Of a stretch of 50,976 nucleotides of DNA, positions 1 to 7,741 are shown piece by piece. Below the pieces are notes generated by a model. That model worked only from the letters and a program-made list of their open reading frames with translations, did no database searches and was not told the DNA's origin. Origin of the DNA: a virus (taxonomy: Duplodnaviria > Caudoviricetes); IMG/VR virus record IMGVR_UViG_3300033149_003293, positions 1 through 50,976 of that record; one strand, written 5' to 3'. Positions within the stretch are counted from its first letter, which is position 1, and the number at the start of each line of letters is the position of its first letter. Both the position numbers and the translations under genes were made by a program.

Positions 1-114
1 TTTTATACGTGTATCCCTTTCTTTTCATATCTTCATCAAATGTAATTTCACCCACCTTACACCCCGCCCATTCGTTTAATATCAGCCAATAGTCCTACCT
101 GCCCACCCTCTTTC
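1..114. repeat. Terminal direct repeat, left copy (circular overlap)
   Basis: Identical to 50863-50976. Confidence 0.95.
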
Positions 115-395
115 TTCTCTACTTCTTTTATTTCGACAACGGGAGAATTTTCTACACCCGCTAGTTTAGCCATCACTTTAAGCACTTCCTCGGCGTTCGA
201 CGGTAGGATATTGGCATTGCAGTTCTTTCTCTTGTTATAGGCTAGCTTGATGTCCCCTTTTTTATTCTCCCATACATCAAATATGACTACCTTCCCGCTC
301 GGCGGGTAGTAGAAGATGAAATTCCCCTGCTTCTTGTCCCTATCCATGACGAGATACCCGTCGTTTTTTGCATAAAAGATTTTTTCTACACTCAT
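57..395 (-). CDS. Hypothetical protein
   Basis: 112-aa ORF in the tightly packed minus-strand operon. Confidence 0.75.
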   Translation of the reverse strand: MSVEKIFYAKNDGYLVMDRDKKQGNFIFYYPPSGKVVIFDVWENKKGDIKLAYNKRKNCNANILPSNAEEVLKVMAKLAGVENSPVVEIKEVEKKEGGQVGLLADIKRMGGV

Positions 396-405
396 CTATC
401 ACCGC

Positions 406-576
406 CTAGCAGTCGTCACAAATTTTCTCACCACAATCAACACAGTATACCCCCGCATTTCCTTCCTCGTTGATACATACCGTATGAGTGTGGGTACACT
501 CGGCATGTGTGACTTTATCCCAATACTCATAGTGTGAGTTGAAATCACGCTTGTCTGCTTTATTCATTTTATTCAT
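406..576 (-). CDS. Small Cys-rich protein, 56 aa (not in ORF track)
   Basis: Hand translation MNKMNKADKR...YCVDCGEKICDDC; GAGGAG SD upstream. Confidence 0.65.
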   Translation of the reverse strand: MNKMNKADKRDFNSHYEYWDKVTHAECTHTHTVCINEEGNAGVYCVDCGEKICDDC

Positions 577-768
577 CTACTCCTCCTCTATTTTTTTAGT
601 ACCTAATTCAGTACCCAATTTGCTCATTTTTTCCCTAAACTTCTCATTATCAGGGTCAAAGTTTTTACAAAACTTATTCTCAGGATATTCATTTTTGTCA
701 TTTCCAATAAGCCCTCCCCATTTGCAACTCTCTACCCAATAACATCTCTTGCATACTTCCATTAACAA
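577..768 (-). CDS. Small Cys-containing hypothetical protein ending in an LGTE repeat
   Basis: CxxC-x4-C...C motif; packed between neighbours; start may be ATG 762. Confidence 0.6.
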   Translation of the reverse strand: MLMEVCKRCYWVESCKWGGLIGNDKNEYPENKFCKNFDPDNEKFREKMSKLGTELGTKKIEEE

Positions 769-834
769 CTCCTTTTTGGAGCTTACTTAGGGCTAATCCC
801 AAAATCTTTTAAAATCTCAATTATTTTGTCTGCT

Positions 835-1122
835 TTATCCATCTATTTCCTCCTTTGTGGATTGCCTTTCTAATAGCCTTATTTCTGCCCACGATTTTTT
901 CTTTATGGGAGTACAGACGGCCCAACATCCAGAGCAAATTGGAGTAAAATCTTTTGCTTGCATGTCATCTGGGTATTCATAAAGCGGTTCCCAATATATC
1001 CTTTTTCCATGACAAGCGGATACGAGCTTCTTATTTTTACTCATTATTTTCCGTTCCTCCATTTCTTCAGTACCTAATTCAATGCCTAATTCAGTACCTA
1101 ATTTACTACCTAATTCACTCAT
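835..1122 (-). CDS. Hypothetical Zn-binding protein with N-terminal LGTE repeats
   Basis: SACH...ICSGCWAVC; 12-bp repeats at the 5' end; a second SD-led start lies internally (MSKNKK). Confidence 0.65.
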   Translation of the reverse strand: MSELGSKLGTELGIELGTEEMEERKIMSKNKKLVSACHGKRIYWEPLYEYPDDMQAKDFTPICSGCWAVCTPIKKKSWAEIRLLERQSTKEEIDG

Positions 1123-1299
1123 TTATTCCTCCTCTATAAATTGTTCCCTGATTGTCTCGTCATTGAATGTGAGAAATTTCAGTATCAGTTTAAACACCTC
1201 TACCCACTCGTCCGCACCCACATCAATGTGGTCGAACTGGACAGCTAGGCTTGTCCCTCTAGTGTCCCTAACCTGAATCCGCAGTTTTTCATTTTGCAT
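1123..1299 (-). CDS. Hypothetical protein, 58 aa (not in ORF track)
   Basis: MQNEKLRIQV...FIEEE; AGGAGG SD; abuts both neighbours. Confidence 0.65.
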   Translation of the reverse strand: MQNEKLRIQVRDTRGTSLAVQFDHIDVGADEWVEVFKLILKFLTFNDETIREQFIEEE

Positions 1300-1422
1300 T
1301 TATTTCCTCCTGAAAAACCTAATAATCATTTTCATTCCCCAATGCCCAAAGTATGCTGCTACCCCAACAGCGGTGAGTATTATTGCAATGAAGATAATTG
1401 CTAGCCATCCAATCCAAGTCAT
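1300..1422 (-). CDS. Small single-TM membrane protein, 40 aa
   Basis: MTWIGWLAIIFIAIILTAVGVAAYFG...RRK; ATGA overlap with upstream gene. Confidence 0.65.
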   Translation of the reverse strand: MTWIGWLAIIFIAIILTAVGVAAYFGHWGMKMIIRFFRRK

Positions 1423-1751
1423 TCTGTCACCTCTATACCTAGCTCATTGAGCACAAATCTTGCCACGTCTCCATAGGTTGAGTCGGGTGTTAATATGTCT
1501 GCACATCTCATGTGATCACATATTCTTTCAAATTTCCTCCTTGTCACAGAGGATTTTTGCTGTGTATCTATCTTACCTTTTTCATAATCAGATAGCTTCA
1601 TATCATTCAATCTAAAATACCACTCCACGATTTCCTTGATTTGGGTGTGGGCTTTATATCGTGTAAGGTCTCCTATGCGATGATGCTGAAAAGCAAATTG
1701 CTTTTTTAAAATTTCCAACAATGTCTCTTGTGTCAGTTTTTTATCACTCAT
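1419..1751 (-). CDS. Hypothetical protein
   Basis: 110-aa ORF, GGAGG SD, ATGA coupling. Confidence 0.7.
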   Translation of the reverse strand: MSDKKLTQETLLEILKKQFAFQHHRIGDLTRYKAHTQIKEIVEWYFRLNDMKLSDYEKGKIDTQQKSSVTRRKFERICDHMRCADILTPDSTYGDVARFVLNELGIEVTE

Positions 1752-2071
1752 TTTCCCTCCTCTGCCTTCTCTTCTTCTCGTCTCGCCTGCTCACACATCA
1801 TCCGTTCATAATATTCTTCTTCCTCTTGACGTTGCCTTCGACGTTCTTCTATCCTTCTTTGATGTATTCGTTCCTCTTCTTCCTGCCTCTGCTTTTCTCT
1901 CTGTCTTTCATTTTCTCTTCGTTGCTCTTCTCGTCCTTCGTAATATGCCCTGTCTTCTTCTTTGTGGCCATATTGATTATACCTGTAATTATCTTCCCTT
2001 CCCATTTGTTCATCTCTTTTCCCTTCTTCGTTAGCTTTCCGAGCCTCATGAGACCAATAAAATCCACTCAT
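1748..2071 (-). CDS. Highly charged E/R/Q helical protein, possible Rmf-like N-terminus
   Basis: A..EG..G..Y..AYYEG pattern followed by an E/R/Q-rich helix. Confidence 0.65.
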   Translation of the reverse strand: MSGFYWSHEARKANEEGKRDEQMGREDNYRYNQYGHKEEDRAYYEGREEQRRENERQREKQRQEEEERIHQRRIEERRRQRQEEEEYYERMMCEQARREEEKAEEGK

Positions 2072-2079
2072 CTCATCAC

Positions 2080-2352
2080 CTACCCTTCCTTGCTTCTTTT
2101 CAATCTTCTTTGGAGCCGTTCCAATTTATTCTCAACGGCTAACCCAATTCTTTCATGTCCACAAATTTCCTCCATCTGTCTAAGCATGATTGTAAGGTCT
2201 GCAAGCTCTTCAATTAATTGTTCCATATCTCCACCACGTTTTAAGTGTGTTATTGCCTGAATCACTTCTGCACATTCTTCAATCATCATATCAAGCTGAA
2301 GCTCAATACCCCATTTTTCCAAAGCATCTTTATAGATGTTGTGTTTGCTCAT
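2080..2352 (-). CDS. MazG-like NTP pyrophosphohydrolase
   Basis: MIEECAEVIQAI...IEELADLTIML (ExxE...EExD, all-alpha NTP-PPase motif). Confidence 0.85.
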   Translation of the reverse strand: MSKHNIYKDALEKWGIELQLDMMIEECAEVIQAITHLKRGGDMEQLIEELADLTIMLRQMEEICGHERIGLAVENKLERLQRRLKRSKEG

Positions 2353-2356
2353 CCTA

Positions 2357-2548
2357 TCACCCCCTCAAAATAGTCCAAGCAGTATTGAAACCAATTCCAT
2401 GCTCATCAATCACTTCACAAAACTGTTTTTCTGTATATGCCATTGATTCTCCAAGGGCTTCTCGCTGTTTATTTTCAGCTTGCATCCCCATAGCTGTAAT
2501 CATGGCAGCCACAGATTGTGAAATTAAAAATGCTTGTTGGTCACTCAT
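2357..2548 (-). CDS. Hypothetical protein (start re-called at MSDQQ)
   Basis: GGAGGTG SD before ATG 2548. Confidence 0.7.
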   Translation of the reverse strand: MSDQQAFLISQSVAAMITAMGMQAENKQREALGESMAYTEKQFCEVIDEHGIGFNTAWTILRG

Positions 2549-2748
2549 TCCATCACCTCCCTTTTCTCTACCCCCGAATTTTCCTCTTTGAATGGACACC
2601 ATCCTGGTGGTACATCGGACGGGAAAGTAATATCCTTTAGCATTTCTAAACAAACCCATTTAAAGCTCGGGCCTCGCCCAATTTGATACGATAATAAAGA
2701 GGAGCACTCATAACAATGTTGAATATCTTGCCGTAATAATACCTTCAT
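2545..2748 (-). CDS. Small Cys-rich phage protein
   Basis: CYEC...C...PGWCPF motif; ATGA overlaps at both ends. Confidence 0.7.
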   Translation of the reverse strand: MKVLLRQDIQHCYECSSLLSYQIGRGPSFKWVCLEMLKDITFPSDVPPGWCPFKEENSGVEKREVME

Positions 2749-4073
2749 CCCATCACCTCCCAGTATTCTCGTTGCATTTCTTTGGCACATGCCCATACAC
2801 GCTTCATCTCACTCACTCGATAGTCAGGGAAGAACACTCCATCCTTAAATTTTAGTGCCTCATGGGGGAAGCTACAGAAGATTGCTTTTCTACCCGTTGC
2901 CTTGTAGAATTGCGCCAGGTTCCTCATCATATACCCCTGCTGTCCTGGTGTGCCCAAGTTGATACCATTCGGTAGGGTTATTCCGCCACCTTTAGTCATA
3001 CTACCCCCGTCCTCGGTGAATCTTCTGGTTTTATTGACAAGGAAAAGCCGAGGCAGGTCAGGGAAGTCCTCCCATACAGAGCGTTCGTGTTTCTCTCCTA
3101 CCGCCAGCCTGTTGCATCCTTTCTTCCCATGCCTACCCCCACGGTCACAATCACTCGGTTTCGGGCAATCGTGTGGCTCTCTCAGCTCACCTATCGTACC
3201 CTCACAGCCTGTCAGGTCACAGATTATGTGGTCAAGTGTCGTGTAGGCTTGTAAAACATTCTCCCAAATATCCTCACAGAAATACATGATACGGTGGAAT
3301 TTCTTCCCACTCCCTACATGGGCAACCTCGTTTGGAGATACTTTTACCCATGGCTTATAGTCTGTACCATATACCTTGCGATATGTTCCCATGACCTTTC
3401 TGACATACTTGCGGTGTACTGGCATGGCTTGTGCATCCCAAAAACCTCTGATTCCATCGACATTATTCCCATATGGGGCATTGATATAGTCCTCCCTCAT
3501 CCAGAGCTGACTGCAAAAATCTAGTCCTACCTCTTTGTGTATCTCCAGGTATGTTTCAAAATCATCCCAGAACTCTTGGTTCCATTCGGTGAGGTGGAAT
3601 TTCCCATCGTATACCCACGGGGTTTTGAGTTTCAGGTTGGCGTGTTCTGCTTTGTTGTCTGATAGGAACATAAAAGCATCGTTCAAGTAGTACCCGTGCA
3701 TCCGTATTTCCTTGATGAGCTTCAGGGTTTCTTCCTGGTTTTTAGTTATCTTGAAGTAGTTGAATCCACCTGCCCCCTGGAATCCCATGATTGGGATAGG
3801 GTCTGGATAGACTATTGGTGGCGAAGGTGGTGGAATCGGCTCAGGTGGCTCAGGTTCCTTATGGGTATAGCAGACCTCTGTGGGTTCCGACCCGACCCGA
3901 TATTCCCTGAGTTCTGATGTACCGGCATAGATACACCATTGATTAGCTACAAGCCTTGTTTCTTTGCAAATCAATACGGATACTGTAGGTGTGTGGCAGC
4001 CGACAATATGCCAGATGATATTCCAGAACCAGTTACTTTTACGCTTCCAAAGCCAATCACAGATATTTCTCAT
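2745..4073 (-). CDS. Glycoside-hydrolase-like (clan GH-A TIM barrel) protein with N-terminal Cys/His module and Pro linker
   Basis: GKFHLTEWNQEFWDDF..GL and NE motif (SPNEV) resemble GH5-like barrels; PEPPEPIPPPSPP linker. Confidence 0.5.
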   Translation of the reverse strand: MRNICDWLWKRKSNWFWNIIWHIVGCHTPTVSVLICKETRLVANQWCIYAGTSELREYRVGSEPTEVCYTHKEPEPPEPIPPPSPPIVYPDPIPIMGFQGAGGFNYFKITKNQEETLKLIKEIRMHGYYLNDAFMFLSDNKAEHANLKLKTPWVYDGKFHLTEWNQEFWDDFETYLEIHKEVGLDFCSQLWMREDYINAPYGNNVDGIRGFWDAQAMPVHRKYVRKVMGTYRKVYGTDYKPWVKVSPNEVAHVGSGKKFHRIMYFCEDIWENVLQAYTTLDHIICDLTGCEGTIGELREPHDCPKPSDCDRGGRHGKKGCNRLAVGEKHERSVWEDFPDLPRLFLVNKTRRFTEDGGSMTKGGGITLPNGINLGTPGQQGYMMRNLAQFYKATGRKAIFCSFPHEALKFKDGVFFPDYRVSEMKRVWACAKEMQREYWEVMG

Positions 4074-4106
4074 TTTATTTCTCTCGCTTGTCAGAATTGA
4101 GACGCC

Positions 4107-4343
4107 TCACTTCTGACTATCCTTGACCTCTCCCTCGATTTCGAATCTTCTTAATCTACTGGTGAGATTAGCGTCTAGTACCCATGCAGTGAACCGTACA
4201 TCAGCATAGGCAGGGTCGTAACCATAATCAGTAATATTCTCCTCAAAGGCTTTGTGTGCTTTCAGTAGTGACTCCAGCACTACCTCGTCGAAATCCGGCT
4301 CGTCCATTCCATCGTTTCTTTTGTTGTTTCTTTCATCGGTCAT
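4107..4343 (-). CDS. Acidic hypothetical protein
   Basis: GGGAGG SD, ATGA overlap with upstream gene. Confidence 0.65.
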   Translation of the reverse strand: MTDERNNKRNDGMDEPDFDEVVLESLLKAHKAFEENITDYGYDPAYADVRFTAWVLDANLTSRLRRFEIEGEVKDSQK

Positions 4344-4831
4344 AATGTATCCTCCCATTTTATTGGATTTTTCTTTCTATCCCATCTACCCAATGGATTC
4401 CATTTGCCTACCCCCGAATTTTTCAATTTTAATTCATTTGTTTTCTGTGATTTAAAGTTCGCTAATTTCGTTCTAGGTCTTTTGCTATGGGTTAAAAATT
4501 TCTTGTTTTTTGAAATAAGCTCTAACACACTGTTACTTAATGGTTTACGTCCCTTTTCCATCTCACAAATGTACGCTTTTGATAACCCCACTTTTGAAGC
4601 TAGATTAAATTGCGTTAAACCCATTCCTTTCCGTACTGCAATTAAGTCTTTAGCACCATATTTGGATTCCTTCAATTTAATTGCTCGCTCAGCAGCGAGT
4701 ATGTCTGCTGTTGCTTTTATATCTACCCCGCTTTCTTGCTCTAATTTCTCAATAGCCATAACTTTTTGTTGCACATACACCCCCCACTCTATCTCACGAG
4801 AATAGTCAAGGTTCCATTTTTTCTCGTTCAT
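4340..4831 (-). CDS. XRE-family helix-turn-helix protein
   Basis: LIAVRKGMGLTQFNLASKVGLSKAYICEMEKGRKP is a canonical HTH-XRE. Confidence 0.85.
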   Translation of the reverse strand: MNEKKWNLDYSREIEWGVYVQQKVMAIEKLEQESGVDIKATADILAAERAIKLKESKYGAKDLIAVRKGMGLTQFNLASKVGLSKAYICEMEKGRKPLSNSVLELISKNKKFLTHSKRPRTKLANFKSQKTNELKLKNSGVGKWNPLGRWDRKKNPIKWEDTL

Positions 4832-5040
4832 TTCTCCCCTCCTCCCTTTCCCTCTCCCCTTGGAGTCCATCCACTACCACGGAAAATAACGGTGGGTGAG
4901 GGTTTTCTTGAGTCCAGATGTGCGGCGAGTAGGTCAGACGTTTTAACTACCCCACCGCAATTCCCACATACAATAATACACGTCCTCTCGGTGATACCCG
5001 ATAGATACCTACCACAATCAGGGCATACGTAGTCTCTCAT
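4828..5040 (-). CDS. FmdB-like zinc-ribbon protein
   Basis: YVCPDCG...CGNCGG...IFRGSGW signature. Confidence 0.75.
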   Translation of the reverse strand: MRDYVCPDCGRYLSGITERTCIIVCGNCGGVVKTSDLLAAHLDSRKPSPTVIFRGSGWTPRGEGKGGGEK

Positions 5041-5327
5041 TTTTCTTTCCTTGTTCCACTCTCTCTCCTACCCCGCCGTTTCAACTCAGCTTGCAGGGTC
5101 TTGATAATCCATTTAATATCATCTGTAGGCATAACCCGTCTAACCTCACCCGTATGATGGTCATCTCTATATATTGACCTCAAAATTCTACCTTTTTTAT
5201 CAACATCGTATATAATACGATGAGAAAGCCCACAATCACAGCAATTCTCCCGATGGACAGTCATGGGTGCAACAATATATGGATGCATACCCGCCTCTAC
5301 ACTCTCTTTGTATTCTTTTTTAGTCAT
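5037..5327 (-). CDS. Hypothetical protein with CCDCGLSH motif
   Basis: Coupled ORF with a Cys/His motif. Confidence 0.7.
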   Translation of the reverse strand: MTKKEYKESVEAGMHPYIVAPMTVHRENCCDCGLSHRIIYDVDKKGRILRSIYRDDHHTGEVRRVMPTDDIKWIIKTLQAELKRRGRRESGTRKEK

Positions 5328-5613
5328 TTCTTATCCCCTTTCTACCCCCAAGATATTTCTTTGCCAGCTCACAGGCTTTCTCATGGAACATGGCACTACC
5401 CCCATCTTTCCCGTACTTTTTTATGAACGGGTGATTATATATCTGTCGTGTCCCATGCCACCACCAGTGGCAAGAGTAGCACAGGTAGCACAGAATCTCA
5501 GGCTCATAGCTCATGTGATGCTCGACTAGGTTTACCTTCCCAAGCCCCTTCCCGTATTCTCGGTCGCATATTTCACATTTTTTACCGTAGAAAGTCGTGC
5601 TTTTTTTGCTCAT
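5320..5613 (-). CDS. HNH-like Zn-binding endonuclease
   Basis: CEIC...EHH...LCYSCHWWWH. Confidence 0.65.
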   Translation of the reverse strand: MSKKSTTFYGKKCEICDREYGKGLGKVNLVEHHMSYEPEILCYLCYSCHWWWHGTRQIYNHPFIKKYGKDGGSAMFHEKACELAKKYLGGRKGIRND

Positions 5614-5945
5614 TTTATGTTCTTTATATTCTCCATGTAGTATGTGTAGAGTAGTGTCATATAATTCTCAAGGTCTACCACCGAATCTTTAACAGGCTCA
5701 TTAGATGGCTCATCTGCACTATTGATGAGCTTGAAAATGCGGTGTATTTTATGTAGTACATGATACTCTATTATACCCTCTGGGCGGGTAATGTCAACCC
5801 CGAAATCAGCACATATCTTTGCCATCTCCTTGAAATTGCTATGCACATCGTCATCGTGGGAGTAATCCTGGTTCTTTTTATCTAACAGGGAACGAGCAAG
5901 TAGGTTATTAGTAGAAGAGTGTGTTAAAAGTTGATTAAGTTTCAT
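5610..5945 (-). CDS. Nucleotide-modification-associated domain 1 (Nmad1/DUF1599-like) protein
   Basis: KKNQDYS...NF...KIHRI...NEPVKDSVVDLENY. Confidence 0.75.
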   Translation of the reverse strand: MKLNQLLTHSSTNNLLARSLLDKKNQDYSHDDDVHSNFKEMAKICADFGVDITRPEGIIEYHVLHKIHRIFKLINSADEPSNEPVKDSVVDLENYMTLLYTYYMENIKNIK

Positions 5946-6041
5946 TCATCTCCTCCTGTTATCATGATATTTGGCGGCGAGTAGGGAAGTAGTCACCAAA
6001 AATACTGCAACCACCATAAAAACAAACCAATCAGGTGTCAT
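5946..6041 (-). CDS. Small membrane peptide, 31 aa
   Basis: MTPDWFVFMVVAVFLVTTSLLAAKYHDNRRR fills the gap between neighbours. Confidence 0.5.
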   Translation of the reverse strand: MTPDWFVFMVVAVFLVTTSLLAAKYHDNRRR

Positions 6042-6052
6042 TTCGGAGATCA

Positions 6053-6412
6053 CTAATCTACCTCCAATTTTTCAAGTACGTTTTTCCAGCTAGTAAACTC
6101 CATAGCCCTATCGTCTATATATACATCAGCAACGGGTTTACCCTCGCCTGACCATATCTGGTCATAGGGAATCTCATGCTCATCTAGCACATTCCGTACT
6201 CTCTCTACTAGCCCCTCAATAGAGAATCGTGGGTTGATACTCTTGTTAATACGGCAGGTATGTATGACAATGATATGCCCATCGCCCTGTAGTAACTCAA
6301 GGGTTTTCTTTGCACCCTTCTTTGGTCTACCGAAATATTTCATGCCATCTCTGATCCAATCACTCCAATTAAACGTGAGTATCGTCCCGTCTAAATCCAC
6401 TGCTAGTCTCAT
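6053..6412 (-). CDS. Minimal capless HAD-superfamily phosphatase
   Basis: AVDLDGT motif I, HTCR motif II, KP..DVYIDD motifs III/IV. Confidence 0.9.
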   Translation of the reverse strand: MRLAVDLDGTILTFNWSDWIRDGMKYFGRPKKGAKKTLELLQGDGHIIVIHTCRINKSINPRFSIEGLVERVRNVLDEHEIPYDQIWSGEGKPVADVYIDDRAMEFTSWKNVLEKLEVD

Positions 6413-7209
6413 TTTCCACCTCCTTTCTTTCCCCCGGGTGTTATCACCTCATAAATCTGTTTCCTGTTATCTGAACGACCGCTTGTGGCACCGACAAATG
6501 TAACCTTAATGAACTCGGTAACAGCAGGTGGTTTACACTTCTCTTCTGCATACGAATTGTCCCACTCAAGGGCAGAGCCGGTAATATAATCATATCCCAC
6601 ATGTTTTATGACCTGAGTATATCCTGGCGCATACCACGTGACGGGCATCCTCGATGTAATATGGAAATGCCCACTGAAAGTAGCGTCTACTGTTGGGCAT
6701 ATTTTCCTCGGCTGCTGTGCCCTGTTGACTTTACCACCTGGAGTGTACCCCCCGCCATAGTTATGATGAAAAAACGCACTGAAACCCTGTGGGTTCTTTG
6801 CTTTTGTAAGATTGAACACAGCCAAACACGAAAACCCCTTGTATGGTAGCCCAAGCTGTAGGGCTATGAACTGCTCAGGTATCAGCCCTACCATCCGCAT
6901 AGTCCTCTGCTCATGGTTCCCAGCAATAAGAAATAACCCCTTATCTTTAATCGGCGTGAGTATATCAACGATATGCTCCATCTGTTCTTTCGGCGGTAGT
7001 GTCTGGGTATACACGTCAGATTTACTGCCAATGACAGCGTTTTCCATCATGTCCCCTACACCTACCCACCGAGCCTCAGGGTTGTCTTTAATTTCGGCGA
7101 CGGTAGCCCTAATGAAATCCTCATTACACTGGGCAGACCCCAGATGGAAGTCCCCTAGGGGATAGAGGGTGAACCTCTTGGCATTTATTTTCTCACAGTG
7201 AAATTCCAT
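6409..7209 (-). CDS. Calcineurin-like metallophosphoesterase
   Basis: DFH, GD, GNHE, HH and GHFH motifs; start re-called at MEFHC with GGAGG SD. Confidence 0.9.
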   Translation of the reverse strand: MEFHCEKINAKRFTLYPLGDFHLGSAQCNEDFIRATVAEIKDNPEARWVGVGDMMENAVIGSKSDVYTQTLPPKEQMEHIVDILTPIKDKGLFLIAGNHEQRTMRMVGLIPEQFIALQLGLPYKGFSCLAVFNLTKAKNPQGFSAFFHHNYGGGYTPGGKVNRAQQPRKICPTVDATFSGHFHITSRMPVTWYAPGYTQVIKHVGYDYITGSALEWDNSYAEEKCKPPAVTEFIKVTFVGATSGRSDNRKQIYEVITPGGKKGGGK

Positions 7210-7210
7210 T

Positions 7211-7459
7211 CTATTTTCCTCCAATTCTAGTGGTGCAGAATGACTCTTTTCTATCCTCTCTTTTGATGAATCCTGGGTCTTCAAACCTACACCACACCCT
7301 AAATAAGCCTTCGTGCTCAACATCCTCCACAGCTTCCTCATGGGATTTGTAGAATTTATCAGAGAGGAGATATTTGTTAATACACGTTTCTTGCATGTTT
7401 TTCATAACATACTGATGTCTTTCTCCATCACAAATATCTTCCCATTTAGCATTTAACAT
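7211..7459 (-). CDS. Hypothetical protein
   Basis: Packed ORF with SD. Confidence 0.65.
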   Translation of the reverse strand: MLNAKWEDICDGERHQYVMKNMQETCINKYLLSDKFYKSHEEAVEDVEHEGLFRVWCRFEDPGFIKREDRKESFCTTRIGGK

Positions 7460-7460
7460 T

Positions 7461-7709
7461 CTAATCCTCCTCTGTGTCCTCTAGCATTCTCATTGTCTCT
7501 GCCCGCCGCCTCTCAGCCTCTCTCTCCCCATCAGAATCGGCGAGTAGAGCCTCGGCGTCTTTAACCGCCTTCTCTACATCATCAATATAGCCCTGCATAC
7601 CTTTTAACACCTTCTCTACCATTGGCTTATACTGCTCATCTTTAATCCCCAGCTCTTTCAGCATCTTATAGGACTGAGACAATGAGTAAAGTATCGTCGA
7701 ATAAATCAT
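7461..7709 (-). CDS. Helical hypothetical protein
   Basis: AGGAGGT SD. Confidence 0.7.
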   Translation of the reverse strand: MIYSTILYSLSQSYKMLKELGIKDEQYKPMVEKVLKGMQGYIDDVEKAVKDAEALLADSDGEREAERRRAETMRMLEDTEED

Positions 7710-7741
7710 GCGTACCTCCTATGGTTTGTCCCTCAATATCA

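Noticed and set aside
1-114. 114-bp repeat as a biological terminal repeat
   Set aside because: It cuts through two ordinary genes of a continuous operon, so it is best explained as assembly overlap of a circular or permuted genome
1721-2260. 179-aa hydrophobic plus-strand ORF and other antisense ORFs in the track
   Set aside because: These are shadows of purine-rich genes on the opposite strand and lack SDs or coupling
4340-4831. CI repressor or lysogeny module
   Set aside because: Mid-operon position, no S24 peptidase domain, and no integrase or ParA seen
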